Source: Candidatus Bathyarchaeota archaeon
Lineage (GTDB): Archaea > Thermoproteota > Bathyarchaeia > Bathyarchaeales > Bathycorpusculaceae
Assembly: GCA_963826715.1 (NCBI GenBank)
Contig: CAWGYA010000008.1
Coordinates: forward strand, 256,001-320,000
DNA length: 64,000 bases
Direction of reading: 5' to 3'
Part shown: positions 19,691 through 29,091 of the stretch, piece by piece
How the letters are laid out: each line of letters opens with the position of its first letter
Numbering within the stretch: position 1 is the first letter of the stretch
Notes under the pieces: model-generated
Seen by the model: only the letters and a program-made list of their open reading frames with translations
The model's database searches: none
Told to the model about the DNA's origin: nothing
Translations under genes and position numbers: made by a program

Positions 19691-20923
19691 TCAGGTTTTC
19701 TCTGACTCGGATTTTTTGTTTGCCGCTTTCAGAGAATTATACATCCGTGTTTGCAGTCCCCAGAGTTCAATGAAGCCTTTGCTGTAGGATTGGTTGAAGC
19801 TGGTTTTGATGTTATAGTTGGCGAGGTTCTTGTCGTAGAGTGAGTTGGGGGAACTGCGTCCGATAACTATCATGCCGCCCTTGTAGAGTTTAAGTTTGAC
19901 TTCGCCTGTCACGTTTTCCTGTGAGTGGTTGATATAGGCGTCTAAGTCATCCTTAAGCGGATCAACCCACAGTCCAGCATAGGCGAGAAATACCCACTCT
20001 GCGTCAATTTGTTGCTTAAAAAGCACCTGATGCCGGGTCATCACCATCTTTTCAAGGTCTTTGTGAGCTTCAAGAATAACTAGCGCTGCCGGGCATTCAT
20101 AAACTTCGCGGGATTTTAAGCCTACAACCCGGTCTTCGATATGGTCAATTCTGCCGACTCCATTTCGACCGGCAATTTTGTTAACTTCCTCAATTAGTGC
20201 AAGGGGTGTCATCTCTTTACCGTTAACCGCGACTGGGACTCCTGCTTGAAAGGTGATTGTAACGATTTCGGGTTTATCTGGTGCTTTCTCTGGTGCAACA
20301 GTCCATTCGTAGGCGTCGTCTGGGGGTGTTTGACTTGCATCTTCCAGTAAACCGCATTCGATGGCTCGGCCCCAAACACTTGAGTCTATACTGTATTTTT
20401 TGGCTGATTCAGAGACGTGAATACCTTTGGTTTTAGCATATTCGATTTCTTCGTCTCGCGTTAACCCCCATTCTCGGATGGGTGCAAGAATTTGTTTGCC
20501 AGGGGCCAATGCACCCAAGGTTATGTCAAAGCGTACTTGGTCGTTGCCTCTGCCTGTGCAGCCATGCGCCAGACCTGTGGCGCCTTCTTTTTCTGCAATT
20601 TCCACCATCTTTTTGGCAATTAGGGGGCGTGAGAGAGTTGTGCTTATGGGGTATTTTCCTTCGTAGAGGGCGTTTGCTTTGATGGCTGGGAAAATGTAGT
20701 TTTTGGCGAATTCTTCTTTGGCGTCTATAGAGTAGTGTTTGATGGCGCCGAGTTTTTTGGCTTTGTCTTCTGCTGCTTTAAGGTCTTCGCCTTGACCTAC
20801 GTCTACTGTTACTGTTATTACTTGAGCGTTACATTTTTCTTGCAAGTATTTGATTAACACGGATGTGTCTAATCCGCCAGAATACGCTAGCACAAATTTA
20901 TCTGTTATTGGTTGGTCCCCCAT
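19691..20923 (-). CDS. argG: Argininosuccinate synthase
   Basis: LAYSGGLDTS, HGCTGRGNDQVRF and KSREVYE motifs. Confidence 0.97.
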   Translation of the reverse strand: MGDQPITDKFVLAYSGGLDTSVLIKYLQEKCNAQVITVTVDVGQGEDLKAAEDKAKKLGAIKHYSIDAKEEFAKNYIFPAIKANALYEGKYPISTTLSRPLIAKKMVEIAEKEGATGLAHGCTGRGNDQVRFDITLGALAPGKQILAPIREWGLTRDEEIEYAKTKGIHVSESAKKYSIDSSVWGRAIECGLLEDASQTPPDDAYEWTVAPEKAPDKPEIVTITFQAGVPVAVNGKEMTPLALIEEVNKIAGRNGVGRIDHIEDRVVGLKSREVYECPAALVILEAHKDLEKMVMTRHQVLFKQQIDAEWVFLAYAGLWVDPLKDDLDAYINHSQENVTGEVKLKLYKGGMIVIGRSSPNSLYDKNLANYNIKTSFNQSYSKGFIELWGLQTRMYNSLKAANKKSESEKT

Positions 20924-20963
20924 TTTTTGTTTTGAATTATTCTCAGTACCTTAAGGGCTGTAT

Positions 20964-21022
20964 TTTTAAACCTTGTGACTTTTTTGTTACTTAACAAGCT
21001 TTAAATGTCCCATTTGATACAC
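20964..21022 (-). promoter_or_regulatory. argG promoter/operator cassette (TATA plus two palindromic boxes), also present at 51381-51439
   Basis: Ungapped match to 51381-51439: 25/27 identical, then a 13-nt variable spacer, then 16/19 identical. Confidence 0.75.
20993..21021 (+). repeat. attL-like direct repeat
   Basis: AACAAGCTTTAAATGTCCCATTTGATACA, 28/29 identical to 31057-31085. Both copies are followed shortly by AAGAAAAC. Confidence 0.85.
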
Positions 21023-21130
21023 TTAAGAAAACTGTTTTGGGCTTTATCTTTTGGGTTTTTTGGTTGTGTATCATACTTTCACTTTCTCTTTTACTCTCTA
21101 AGCTTCTTACTTTCAAATAAACTTTTGAAT

Positions 21131-22201
21131 TTACCATAATTGGTCTTCCTCTGCTAGTAGTCCTTGGTCTTCGGGTAAGTCAAAATTGTCTTGTGTATCT
21201 TTTGGGTCATCACTATACACTGATTGGTCTAAGTTTTCGTTGGTATCGGTGGCGGTTTTAGGAGTTAGCCAACAAATGAACCTTTCAAGTAATGTCTTAG
21301 GTTTAGGCTCTTCTTTGGGTTGTTTTTGTATAGGTTGTTTTAGCTGTATGGGTGCACCGTTTCTTTTGAATTCGGCAATCTCTATTTCAGGATTAGTTTT
21401 GCCATCTAAGTATATCCAATGCCTTTTTGGTAGTTGCTGTACTCTATCTTTAAGGTGCTCTGGTAATTGACTCTTAATTTTTCTTAAGCTATTTTCTCCA
21501 AGCGTTAAACCAACAAAAGGTCGTAGCCGTTCTATGACTTTAGTGCTTATATCATTAAGGCGTTGACCTATCCCAATATAATGAATGTTCGCATCTGACC
21601 TTGATTGTGTGAATATAGTCATTAAATCCAAGCTATCATCTGAATTCATCGAGTAAGTGCCAAAACTGTTCTGTATTTCCTCTAAAATAATTATATAATG
21701 ATGGTTATAGTTCGGGTTTCTATCTATCTCCGATTCCTGCATCTCATATAATCGTTGGAGAACCAAACTTTCAAACGCTTTTATTCGTCTACCGTTGCGG
21801 TATTTAATCTCGAAAAGCAAAGATTCCTTAGACCGCAAAAGTTCCTCAAACCATTCATTTTGAACATATTCCCATTTCTTATCCAAGTTTACATGTATCG
21901 TATCTCTAAGATATGGAACAGCTTCAAGTTTTAGGTCTTCTTTAGGAATTATTGGATTGCATTCACATGTACCAATTTTTATATATTCACCCGACCAGAG
22001 TTTCCGCCGCCAAATAGTAGATGGACTAAGAACTATAACGGTCAAGTTTTCATCTGTTAATGCTTGTTTGCCTATACTTGCCGCACAATAGCTTTTTCCA
22101 TGTCCAGCTTCAGCCGCCAATACAATGCCGAGATGTTGCTTTATATCATCAAGTACTGCCGATAATGTGAAACTGCTATGTACCCGTTCATCGTTTGCCA
22201 T
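21131..22201 (-). CDS. HerA/FtsK-superfamily P-loop ATPase
   Basis: Walker A AEAGHGKS, Walker B IIILEE, and a QSRS...IGIGQRL arginine-finger/glutamine motif. Confidence 0.65.
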   Translation of the reverse strand: MANDERVHSSFTLSAVLDDIKQHLGIVLAAEAGHGKSYCAASIGKQALTDENLTVIVLSPSTIWRRKLWSGEYIKIGTCECNPIIPKEDLKLEAVPYLRDTIHVNLDKKWEYVQNEWFEELLRSKESLLFEIKYRNGRRIKAFESLVLQRLYEMQESEIDRNPNYNHHYIIILEEIQNSFGTYSMNSDDSLDLMTIFTQSRSDANIHYIGIGQRLNDISTKVIERLRPFVGLTLGENSLRKIKSQLPEHLKDRVQQLPKRHWIYLDGKTNPEIEIAEFKRNGAPIQLKQPIQKQPKEEPKPKTLLERFICWLTPKTATDTNENLDQSVYSDDPKDTQDNFDLPEDQGLLAEEDQLW

Positions 22202-22557
22202 TTTTCTTTTTCTCCATGTATTTTAATAGATATATTTGCAGATTGTGGTTATAATACATATTTTTCGATAAATTTCGGTAAACTTTGCGAAAAAAGCCCG
22301 CAAAATCAATATTTTTACAGATTAAATGCACATAAGGATTTTATGAGCAAAAAACATGTTCTAAATTTATTTTGTGACTCTAACTAGATTTTGTTATTGA
22401 GCGTTAATTTATGTTAATCTAACGTTTGATTTTATTCTTCATTTATTCATCACAATATAGCATGCTATACTTTCCAGAAATAGCAAAATTATCTTAATTT
22501 ATATCTAAAGCAAGCAACCACGAAAAAATTTGGGGCTAAAAAATAAAGTCAAAATTT

Positions 22558-23259
22558 TCAAATGGGTACGGGTGTTTTTCGATGTCTTCTAAGAAGCAAT
22601 ATACAGGCAATAACAACCGCTATAATAATCAAAGCAATAACTAGAACTGGGAAAGTTTGTGGTGTATTCGGACTAGGATTGACGGTTGGCGTTGGCGAAC
22701 TTGAACTTGCTGGTATAGTTATTGCTTGTGTGTTGCTCCAATCACTTGTTACTCCATCAAATCCATAAACTCTTCCACCTTGATGGTCGGTTGGAAATTC
22801 TATTCCAATAAGTGCAATAACTTGCATATCTATAGGTCCACTCTTAGAGATTCCTGTGTGATGATTTTCGCCTTCGAACGGATAGTCATCTATTGGAAAT
22901 GATATAATGGTGTAGTCTGAAGCAGATGCTTCATAATAGGTTCCGTAAGATGAAATGCCTACAAAGAATATTGGAGCGTAATTCCAGCCACCAAGCGTAC
23001 TGTTAGGGTCTTTAAATCGGAATCCATAGTAGAGATGGGGATTACTAACATTAATGTCACCAAATCCCGTTAGTGGCTGATTCTTAATAGTTACTTCCAA
23101 TGAAGACGTTGTTAATCTTGCGGTGAATTCTGGTACTGCTGGTCTAGGTATTGTCTGGTCAGTCTGAGCAGATACAGATTTAGCCGTCAATACACTCATG
23201 CACGAAATAGCCATTATTCCAATGAGGATTAAAGCGAAACTTTTGGTTATGCTATTCAT
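22558..23259 (-). CDS. Secreted, C-terminally membrane-anchored surface protein
   Basis: Signal peptide, IPRPAVPEFT motif, Ser/Pro/Thr linker, TM helix and basic tail. Confidence 0.75.
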   Translation of the reverse strand: MNSITKSFALILIGIMAISCMSVLTAKSVSAQTDQTIPRPAVPEFTARLTTSSLEVTIKNQPLTGFGDINVSNPHLYYGFRFKDPNSTLGGWNYAPIFFVGISSYGTYYEASASDYTIISFPIDDYPFEGENHHTGISKSGPIDMQVIALIGIEFPTDHQGGRVYGFDGVTSDWSNTQAITIPASSSSPTPTVNPSPNTPQTFPVLVIALIIIAVVIACILLLRRHRKTPVPI

Positions 23260-23306
23260 AGTTAATGAACGAAAACTAAGTCAATAAAAGGTTATTCGTT
23301 AAACTT

Positions 23307-23340
23307 TCTTGACTAAGCCCAGTCAAGAGTTCTTGACTAA
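23307..23340. repeat. Three TCTTGACT units (direct, inverted, direct)
   Basis: TCTTGACTAA at 23307, AGTCAAGA at 23321 and TCTTGACTAA at 23331. Confidence 0.6.
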
Positions 23341-23453
23341 AAGAAACCTGCCTTAGACCTTACAGCACCGCAACAGGAACAAACAATAATCCACGTATCA
23401 ATATCATAAACAGCATTCGACTCTATGCAACCGCATTTAGGGCAATTAACCAC
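23337..23453 (-). CDS. 38-aa TFIIB-type zinc-ribbon microprotein
   Basis: Not in the ORF track. GTG start behind GAGGT; translates MVNCPKCGCIESNAVYDIDTWIIVCSCCGAVRSKAGFF. Confidence 0.6.
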   Translation of the reverse strand: MVNCPKCGCIESNAVYDIDTWIIVCSCCGAVRSKAGFF

Positions 23454-23465
23454 CGCTCAAAACCT

Positions 23466-23966
23466 CTAAACGGTTGTTATATATTCGCTAACATTTCCGA
23501 AATTGTCGGTTGAAACCTTACCAAACTTATAACCAGTATTTTGCATTAGGCGTTTAGCTTCCTCTATATCTTGAATTAAGTATGGAATCGATTTTTCTAC
23601 AATCAAAGTATCCGTGCTCTCCTCAAAAGGAGCAAGAAAAGTGTTGCCCAAAGGATGTAAATCTGAAAGATAATAACGCATATCCGCATCATTATACCGA
23701 AGAACTATATGGGGGGCAACATCAGAACGAATTTTTATAGTGCAGTCTTGGGCAAAAAATTTCATTTTTTTGCCGCTAAGTGAATCCTCATCTTTAAACT
23801 CCTTTAAGAAAATAATTTTGAATTTTGCTTCTCTACTTATGCCTTCAACTTGAATCGGCTCGTATTCTTTATATGAATTCCAATCCAACTTTTCACGCCA
23901 TACAGTTCTGCCGTGTTCAGTGTGCCATTTCCCAGATTTTGGGCGATGCTTAACTTCCAAAGACAA
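23466..23966 (-). CDS. Hypothetical protein (element)
   Basis: 166-aa ORF tightly packed in the element operon. Confidence 0.65.
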   Translation of the reverse strand: MSLEVKHRPKSGKWHTEHGRTVWREKLDWNSYKEYEPIQVEGISREAKFKIIFLKEFKDEDSLSGKKMKFFAQDCTIKIRSDVAPHIVLRYNDADMRYYLSDLHPLGNTFLAPFEESTDTLIVEKSIPYLIQDIEEAKRLMQNTGYKFGKVSTDNFGNVSEYITTV

Positions 23967-23967
23967 A

Positions 23968-24546
23968 CTAATTCACTCTCCATTTGAATCGATTTTGGCG
24001 TAACCGCTCATTCAGCTTTTTACGTCTTTCTTGTTCTTCAACTGCCATATTTTCATTGATTTGTTTGGGACTACGCATAAAATCTATATTTGAGCCGATG
24101 AAGGTCATATCGATGGGTTTATCGTGAATTATTTTTCTGGTTAGTTTACTCATTATATTTTTGCAATCTTTATTTCCCATTTTGGCTAATCCTTCAACTT
24201 TTTCTATAACTTCAGCTTCATTTTTGCCACGAATCCAGTCAAGCGGTATGTCTGAATTTTCATAGTCTATGTTTCTAAGAACATGTTCGTCTTGATATGA
24301 GGGTTCATTTGTTAATATGGCTGTATTTTCAGGATTTTCAGGGGGTTTCTTGGGGTCTGAAGGTGTAAATTCGGCTCTATCACGAACTAACATGGCTTTT
24401 ATTAAATTTTCTTGTTCTCCGATTTTTTTGTTTAATTGGGCTATTTTTTCATCTTTAGCTATCACTTGAGGGGAAGTATCAAGCATAACCTTTACTTTGC
24501 GTGTATCTTTGTCAAGGTTAACTGTTCTCTCTGTTTCTTCTGTCAT
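23968..24546 (-). CDS. Hypothetical protein (element)
   Basis: 192-aa ORF with short coiled-coil stretches; ATGA overlap with the upstream gene. Confidence 0.7.
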   Translation of the reverse strand: MTEETERTVNLDKDTRKVKVMLDTSPQVIAKDEKIAQLNKKIGEQENLIKAMLVRDRAEFTPSDPKKPPENPENTAILTNEPSYQDEHVLRNIDYENSDIPLDWIRGKNEAEVIEKVEGLAKMGNKDCKNIMSKLTRKIIHDKPIDMTFIGSNIDFMRSPKQINENMAVEEQERRKKLNERLRQNRFKWRVN

Positions 24547-24869
24547 TGTCCGTTCTTCCTAATCTTCTTCTCATCTATATCATGCACTTTTGAGAATCGG
24601 TCATCATAATATCTCTTCATCTCAGGGTCGGCGTGAATGGGGTTCTCTCTTGGGTCAACAGCTTTTTTCATAAGAAAATCAGTTTTGGATTCCAACTCTA
24701 TTTTTATATCAGCATGTGGAACATGCGGTTTTAGCTGGTCTTGGTTTATCGTAGCGATAATTTTTTGGCGGTTTCGTCTTATAGCTTCAGTCATCATGTC
24801 CCACCTCAACAGGTTGATTTTTTGAGAAATTGAACTTGTTTGATTGCCCATAAAACTGGTATATGACAT
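24543..24869 (-). CDS. Hypothetical protein (element); start uncertain
   Basis: ORF within the operon. The start may be the ATGATG near 24797. Confidence 0.55.
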   Translation of the reverse strand: MSYTSFMGNQTSSISQKINLLRWDMMTEAIRRNRQKIIATINQDQLKPHVPHADIKIELESKTDFLMKKAVDPRENPIHADPEMKRYYDDRFSKVHDIDEKKIRKNGQ

Positions 24870-25056
24870 TAGAGCGTGTAACTAATGGAAAAGTTTCTAG
24901 GTCGGCTTTATCGTAAAGTGTACCAACTTCAAATAAGGGTTCAATTATTTTATTTAGTATACCTGATTTTGAGCAGTTACAAATTTTTGCGAGAGTATCT
25001 ATTTTACGCCATGTTTCTAGGGAAATACACATTGTTGTATAGGATTTTTTATTCAT
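24787..25056 (-). CDS. Ribbon-helix-helix (CopG-like) DNA-binding protein
   Basis: TTMCISLETWRKIDTLAKICNCSKSGILNKII fits a beta-alpha-alpha RHH pattern. Confidence 0.6.
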   Translation of the reverse strand: MNKKSYTTMCISLETWRKIDTLAKICNCSKSGILNKIIEPLFEVGTLYDKADLETFPLVTRSNVIYQFYGQSNKFNFSKNQPVEVGHDD

Positions 25057-25434
25057 ATCTTGTCACTCAATATATTATATATCTATTGAGTTTTTGTTTT
25101 TCACCCATTTAAATATTTTTATTATTACTAACACTTTATTGTAAAATACTCTGTTTATAGCAATTATTTGATAATAAATACAACAATATTTAAATTATTG
25201 ATTGTTTATATATTTAGATAGCTTTAGTTCGGCTTTGGCTAAAGCAAACCCCACATAGTCAACCATAAACAAAGCCTATCCACCCTAAAATATGTCTAAA
25301 AAAGACTGATTTATAAAGCCATAATATTTAAATATATAGTATATAAAGTTTACTATATTAAACCAATTAATTAGCGGCGGGTGCAACCGCATAATTTTTA
25401 GGGTCAAATAAAATTCGGGTGGATATTAGATAAG

Positions 25435-26613
25435 ATGGATAAGTTAAATTATGGTATTATGGATAGCACTCAAACAACTATCCCGAAAATAAGCAAACAA
25501 TTAAGTTACTATCATAGGAACTCTGTTAGAATAAATAAGAATAAAAGAAAAAAATATAAACAAAATATAGCAAAAGAAAATAGAGTATATAAATACAATA
25601 AGTCCAGAGTTTCTAAAAAAAGCTTTTACTACTCAAATATCAGAAAAGAAATAGAACAATATAACGATAATAAACCCATTTTGAGCCTCAATTCACTAGT
25701 ATCTCTTTCATATAATAAACTACTCCCCGAATACAAGTACACTCATGACAACTGCACGGTGACCAGTAGATTTTCCGCTTTACCTTCAATAGTTGCCGAA
25801 GCACTACTACAGGATGGTTTATTTTATTCTGACTTTGAGAAAGCATTTTCCAACATAAGCACTAGACAGCTACAAAGAAATCTTCAATTATTAGTCAAGT
25901 TAAAATGGCTTGTAAGATGGGGTAACTTTGATTATACACAATATTACGCCAATCCCTTCTTGTTAGCATTATACCGTAAACGTGAAACATATGCTTCCTT
26001 ATGTTGGTTCACAAAATTTAGAATCGACTTTTTTGACTTGATAAATATTCCTTTACTTAATGCTTTAGACCAAAAAGTGACTTTAGCTGAAACAAATTTT
26101 AGTTCATATTTTGGAAAAGCCCAATGGATAAAAGCATTTTTTGAAGGACAAGTAAGAATAAAATTACATACGGCTAACGGAATCTTTGAAACTATAATGC
26201 CCGTTAACCTACATGGAGCTAACAAACGTGAAGGTAAAACAAATAATCCATATGGCTTCCCACATCATACAATCCCATTAAATTGGCGATTGTTTGATAT
26301 CTTATCAAGTTCTGAGTACCAAAACGGGAACACCTACATCCATTTTGACAACAGCTTTAAAATCATAAAATATGAAGCCTCAAAGAACAGTTGGGGATAT
26401 CATAATTATATAACTTTTAAGAAACCTTTTGAGAAGCTATTAGAGGATAAAAAGAATGGGTGGAATACTAAGACCTGTCAATATGTAGAAGTATCAGATT
26501 TTGAAATTTTACAAAGATTATTCAATGAGAGATTCGTCAATGGCAAAAGAAGAAACGACTTGTTTGATGCTTTAGGTATTCAATACAAGTCAAGGAAAAT
26601 TAATGAAAATTAA
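25435..26613 (+). CDS. Putative replication/DNA-binding protein with a winged-helix segment
   Basis: Basic N-terminus; FSNISTRQLQRNLQLLVKLKWLVR looks like a wHTH; divergent from the RHH gene across an AT-rich spacer. Function inferred only. Confidence 0.45.
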   Translation: MDKLNYGIMDSTQTTIPKISKQLSYYHRNSVRINKNKRKKYKQNIAKENRVYKYNKSRVSKKSFYYSNIRKEIEQYNDNKPILSLNSLVSLSYNKLLPEYKYTHDNCTVTSRFSALPSIVAEALLQDGLFYSDFEKAFSNISTRQLQRNLQLLVKLKWLVRWGNFDYTQYYANPFLLALYRKRETYASLCWFTKFRIDFFDLINIPLLNALDQKVTLAETNFSSYFGKAQWIKAFFEGQVRIKLHTANGIFETIMPVNLHGANKREGKTNNPYGFPHHTIPLNWRLFDILSSSEYQNGNTYIHFDNSFKIIKYEASKNSWGYHNYITFKKPFEKLLEDKKNGWNTKTCQYVEVSDFEILQRLFNERFVNGKRRNDLFDALGIQYKSRKINEN

Positions 26614-26930
26614 AAAAGTGGATTTCGTCTAGAGGGTTTACCGAATAGAAGAGTTCCAACATTATCCTTAGTTTTTTTCTTTATGGGCTTATCATGAGCA
26701 GTAGAATGACAATTTGGACATAGAATTTTTAGATTTGAAATTTTATTATTTTTTGGGTCTCCATCTTTGTGATGAACATGAGGTTTTATTCCGTCCAATG
26801 ACCGATGGCACTTTTCGCATTTACCCTTTGAACGAACCAATAGCTTAGTTCTCAAGGATTGCCCAACAGCTTTACGTTTTGGTTCATCATTAAACCCAAA
26901 CAAATCTGATTTAGTCAATGCAGAATTCAA
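26610..26930 (-). CDS. HNH endonuclease
   Basis: CEKC...HVHHKDGDPKNNKISNLKILCPNCH. Confidence 0.88.
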   Translation of the reverse strand: MNSALTKSDLFGFNDEPKRKAVGQSLRTKLLVRSKGKCEKCHRSLDGIKPHVHHKDGDPKNNKISNLKILCPNCHSTAHDKPIKKKTKDNVGTLLFGKPSRRNPLF

Positions 26931-26936
26931 CTCCTA

Positions 26937-27287
26937 CTACTTTCCGCTCATGACTCTGTTTATTAAATTTACATATCTATTTGCCATGTTTTGAGCGTTT
27001 GAATCAGCGAAATTCATACCGCCAAAAAGCAAATCGGAATCACCCGTCTTAAATATTATTGTCTCTTCATTTCCAGTTTTATGCTTTATAACTAATTGAG
27101 TAAGTCCTGTAAACGATTGACTTTTAGGATAAACTTCTAAGAGGTTATCCAGCAATATCTCTCGTTCAATTTTGTCCTTGTTTAAGAAAAGTAACCGTTT
27201 GTTTGTTACACCTAAAGTTTTATGCCAACCTATTTTTCCCTCATTTAGAAGCAGATTTTCATCGTTTTCTAGATTCATTCTAACCAC
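26937..27287 (-). CDS. Bacterial PH-domain-like protein
   Basis: LGVTNKRLLFL motif and beta-rich pattern. Confidence 0.55.
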   Translation of the reverse strand: MVRMNLENDENLLLNEGKIGWHKTLGVTNKRLLFLNKDKIEREILLDNLLEVYPKSQSFTGLTQLVIKHKTGNEETIIFKTGDSDLLFGGMNFADSNAQNMANRYVNLINRVMSGK

Positions 27288-27380
27288 CGTTTTCGATTAT
27301 GTCTGTTTTGGGTATTTAGCTTTTGTCAAATGATGAAAGTTCAACTTGGCGATGCAAAAAAAAGAGCAAGAGAGCAAAAA

Positions 27381-28163
27381 CTAAAGGTAGTACTCTAAGA
27401 TAGTTGCTTTCAAGTAATCATACACACTACCATCGATATGAAGGGATGACAAATCAATCTCAGCCTTGTTTGGGTAAATGTGGATGTCTATGTTTTCTTT
27501 TGATTTTAAAGTAACGCTGACTGACATTTCCTTCTCTTTTACCCAATCCGCAATGGTAAAATCAGCCTTTGTGGGTTCAATTGTGAATAATCCATTAGAC
27601 GTTTTTTTCCATAGCCCATTTTGCTTCAGTTGTTCATCTAACAGGTCTATAATTGAAGTCACATCAAACAAAGTTCTCTCAAAGGAATTAAAAGGAAAAC
27701 TAGCTTCCAAAGTAACGGCAACACTATCGCAAACTTGTGCTATTTCAACTGCTTCAGTTTCACTTTCAACGTCTCTATGTTCAGTAGCCAAATTAAATTC
27801 AAGTGAATACTCTTTGCCATTATACGAGATATCGGATGAAGTCTGCTCTCTTTCCTCAGACCATAGTAAAGGTGAAAAAACAATTTGCCCTTTGTTTCGT
27901 CCAGAGATAGTAGTGGTAATACTGGATATCATCTCTCTAACTTGTTCTGGTTTTGTTGGTATTAGCATTACTCTAAAGTGAAAATTAATCTTGATAGGAT
28001 GCCATTTTGTTCTGAAAATCTTTGTTTTTCGAACCATTTTTTTCCATATCGTAGCAAAGGGAGTTTTATCATAAAAATAACCCAATAATGCATCGGTTAT
28101 CCTGCCAACGACATAAGCCACGATAGGAAATAAAGCACCATATAGTGCTGTTAACCAATCCAA
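27381..28163 (-). CDS. Hypothetical protein with N-terminal TM helix
   Basis: 260-aa ORF with a hydrophobic N-terminus, 4 nt downstream of the preceding gene. Confidence 0.7.
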   Translation of the reverse strand: MDWLTALYGALFPIVAYVVGRITDALLGYFYDKTPFATIWKKMVRKTKIFRTKWHPIKINFHFRVMLIPTKPEQVREMISSITTTISGRNKGQIVFSPLLWSEEREQTSSDISYNGKEYSLEFNLATEHRDVESETEAVEIAQVCDSVAVTLEASFPFNSFERTLFDVTSIIDLLDEQLKQNGLWKKTSNGLFTIEPTKADFTIADWVKEKEMSVSVTLKSKENIDIHIYPNKAEIDLSSLHIDGSVYDYLKATILEYYL

Positions 28164-28167
28164 TTAA

Positions 28168-29091
28168 TCATTCCTCTTCTTCTTCACTAACGTCTTCAAA
28201 TATGTCTACCGATGCCGAAAAACCAGTTAACGGAACGGCAGGTGGCTTTTCCAATTGCTTTAATGTGGGGAAGATATGTCTACGTAGGAACCATTCATAT
28301 TCGCTGTAAGTCGCACTTGTGTAAAACCTAAGAAGTGCATCCTCAGAAAGAGTAATGACTTTTCTATGGTTTTTCCCGTCAGGAGCGGTAACACTATAAG
28401 CAAACATATGTTGGTGGATTGAACTTCTCTTCTTATCATTTAAGTATGATTCTTCATTTTCAAAACCCTTGCCTACTATTCTGACTGATTTTATTTTTGG
28501 TGTGGCAAAGCCATCTAATGTAGTGTCCAGAAGTTCACCATTAAGTGACTCTCTGACAGCTTCTACATCGCTGGGGGCAATACCTGCTGGAACGGCATAC
28601 AATCCCACCGTTATCAGAAAGTTGTTAATTCTATCGAAAGTGCTTTTGCTATTAGCCCTTGACCCTAAGATTACAAGATAGACCCTTTTTAACCGCTCAT
28701 CTTGACAAACAAGAAAATGTATCTCAGTTGTTGCTATAATGAATATCCTGTAACCTCTATATGTCCATTCCAAGGGTTTGTCAAAAGTAATTTTGCCAAA
28801 CAAAGAAGAACCCGTTAGGGTAATTTTATCAATACTTGTCCTAAGCACAAGCTTACCTGTAGCTTTGTCCTTGAAAACCTCTGGGATGACTAGTTTTTCA
28901 TTTTTTTGACTATTTTGTAGCTCTTCCACATCTATGTAAGAAGTATCGGATTTGTCTTTCAGCGTTTCCATTAACTTTGTCCAGACTATCTGACCTTTTT
29001 TATATTGTATGAGAAAGAAAGAAACTCCAGTGATAACCTTACTTTGTTCTCTGTACACATCAACAAAGTCTGATGTTGGGGTTTCGGTCAT
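28168..29091 (-). CDS. Hypothetical protein (element cargo)
   Basis: 307-aa ORF with an acidic tail; TTTATATA box upstream near 29117-29124. Confidence 0.7.
   Translation of the reverse strand: MTETPTSDFVDVYREQSKVITGVSFFLIQYKKGQIVWTKLMETLKDKSDTSYIDVEELQNSQKNEKLVIPEVFKDKATGKLVLRTSIDKITLTGSSLFGKITFDKPLEWTYRGYRIFIIATTEIHFLVCQDERLKRVYLVILGSRANSKSTFDRINNFLITVGLYAVPAGIAPSDVEAVRESLNGELLDTTLDGFATPKIKSVRIVGKGFENEESYLNDKKRSSIHQHMFAYSVTAPDGKNHRKVITLSEDALLRFYTSATYSEYEWFLRRHIFPTLKQLEKPPAVPLTGFSASVDIFEDVSEEEEE

Noticed and set aside
22482-22509. TTATATCTAAA resembling an archaeal dif arm
   Set aside because: No matching inverted arm at 6-nt spacing.
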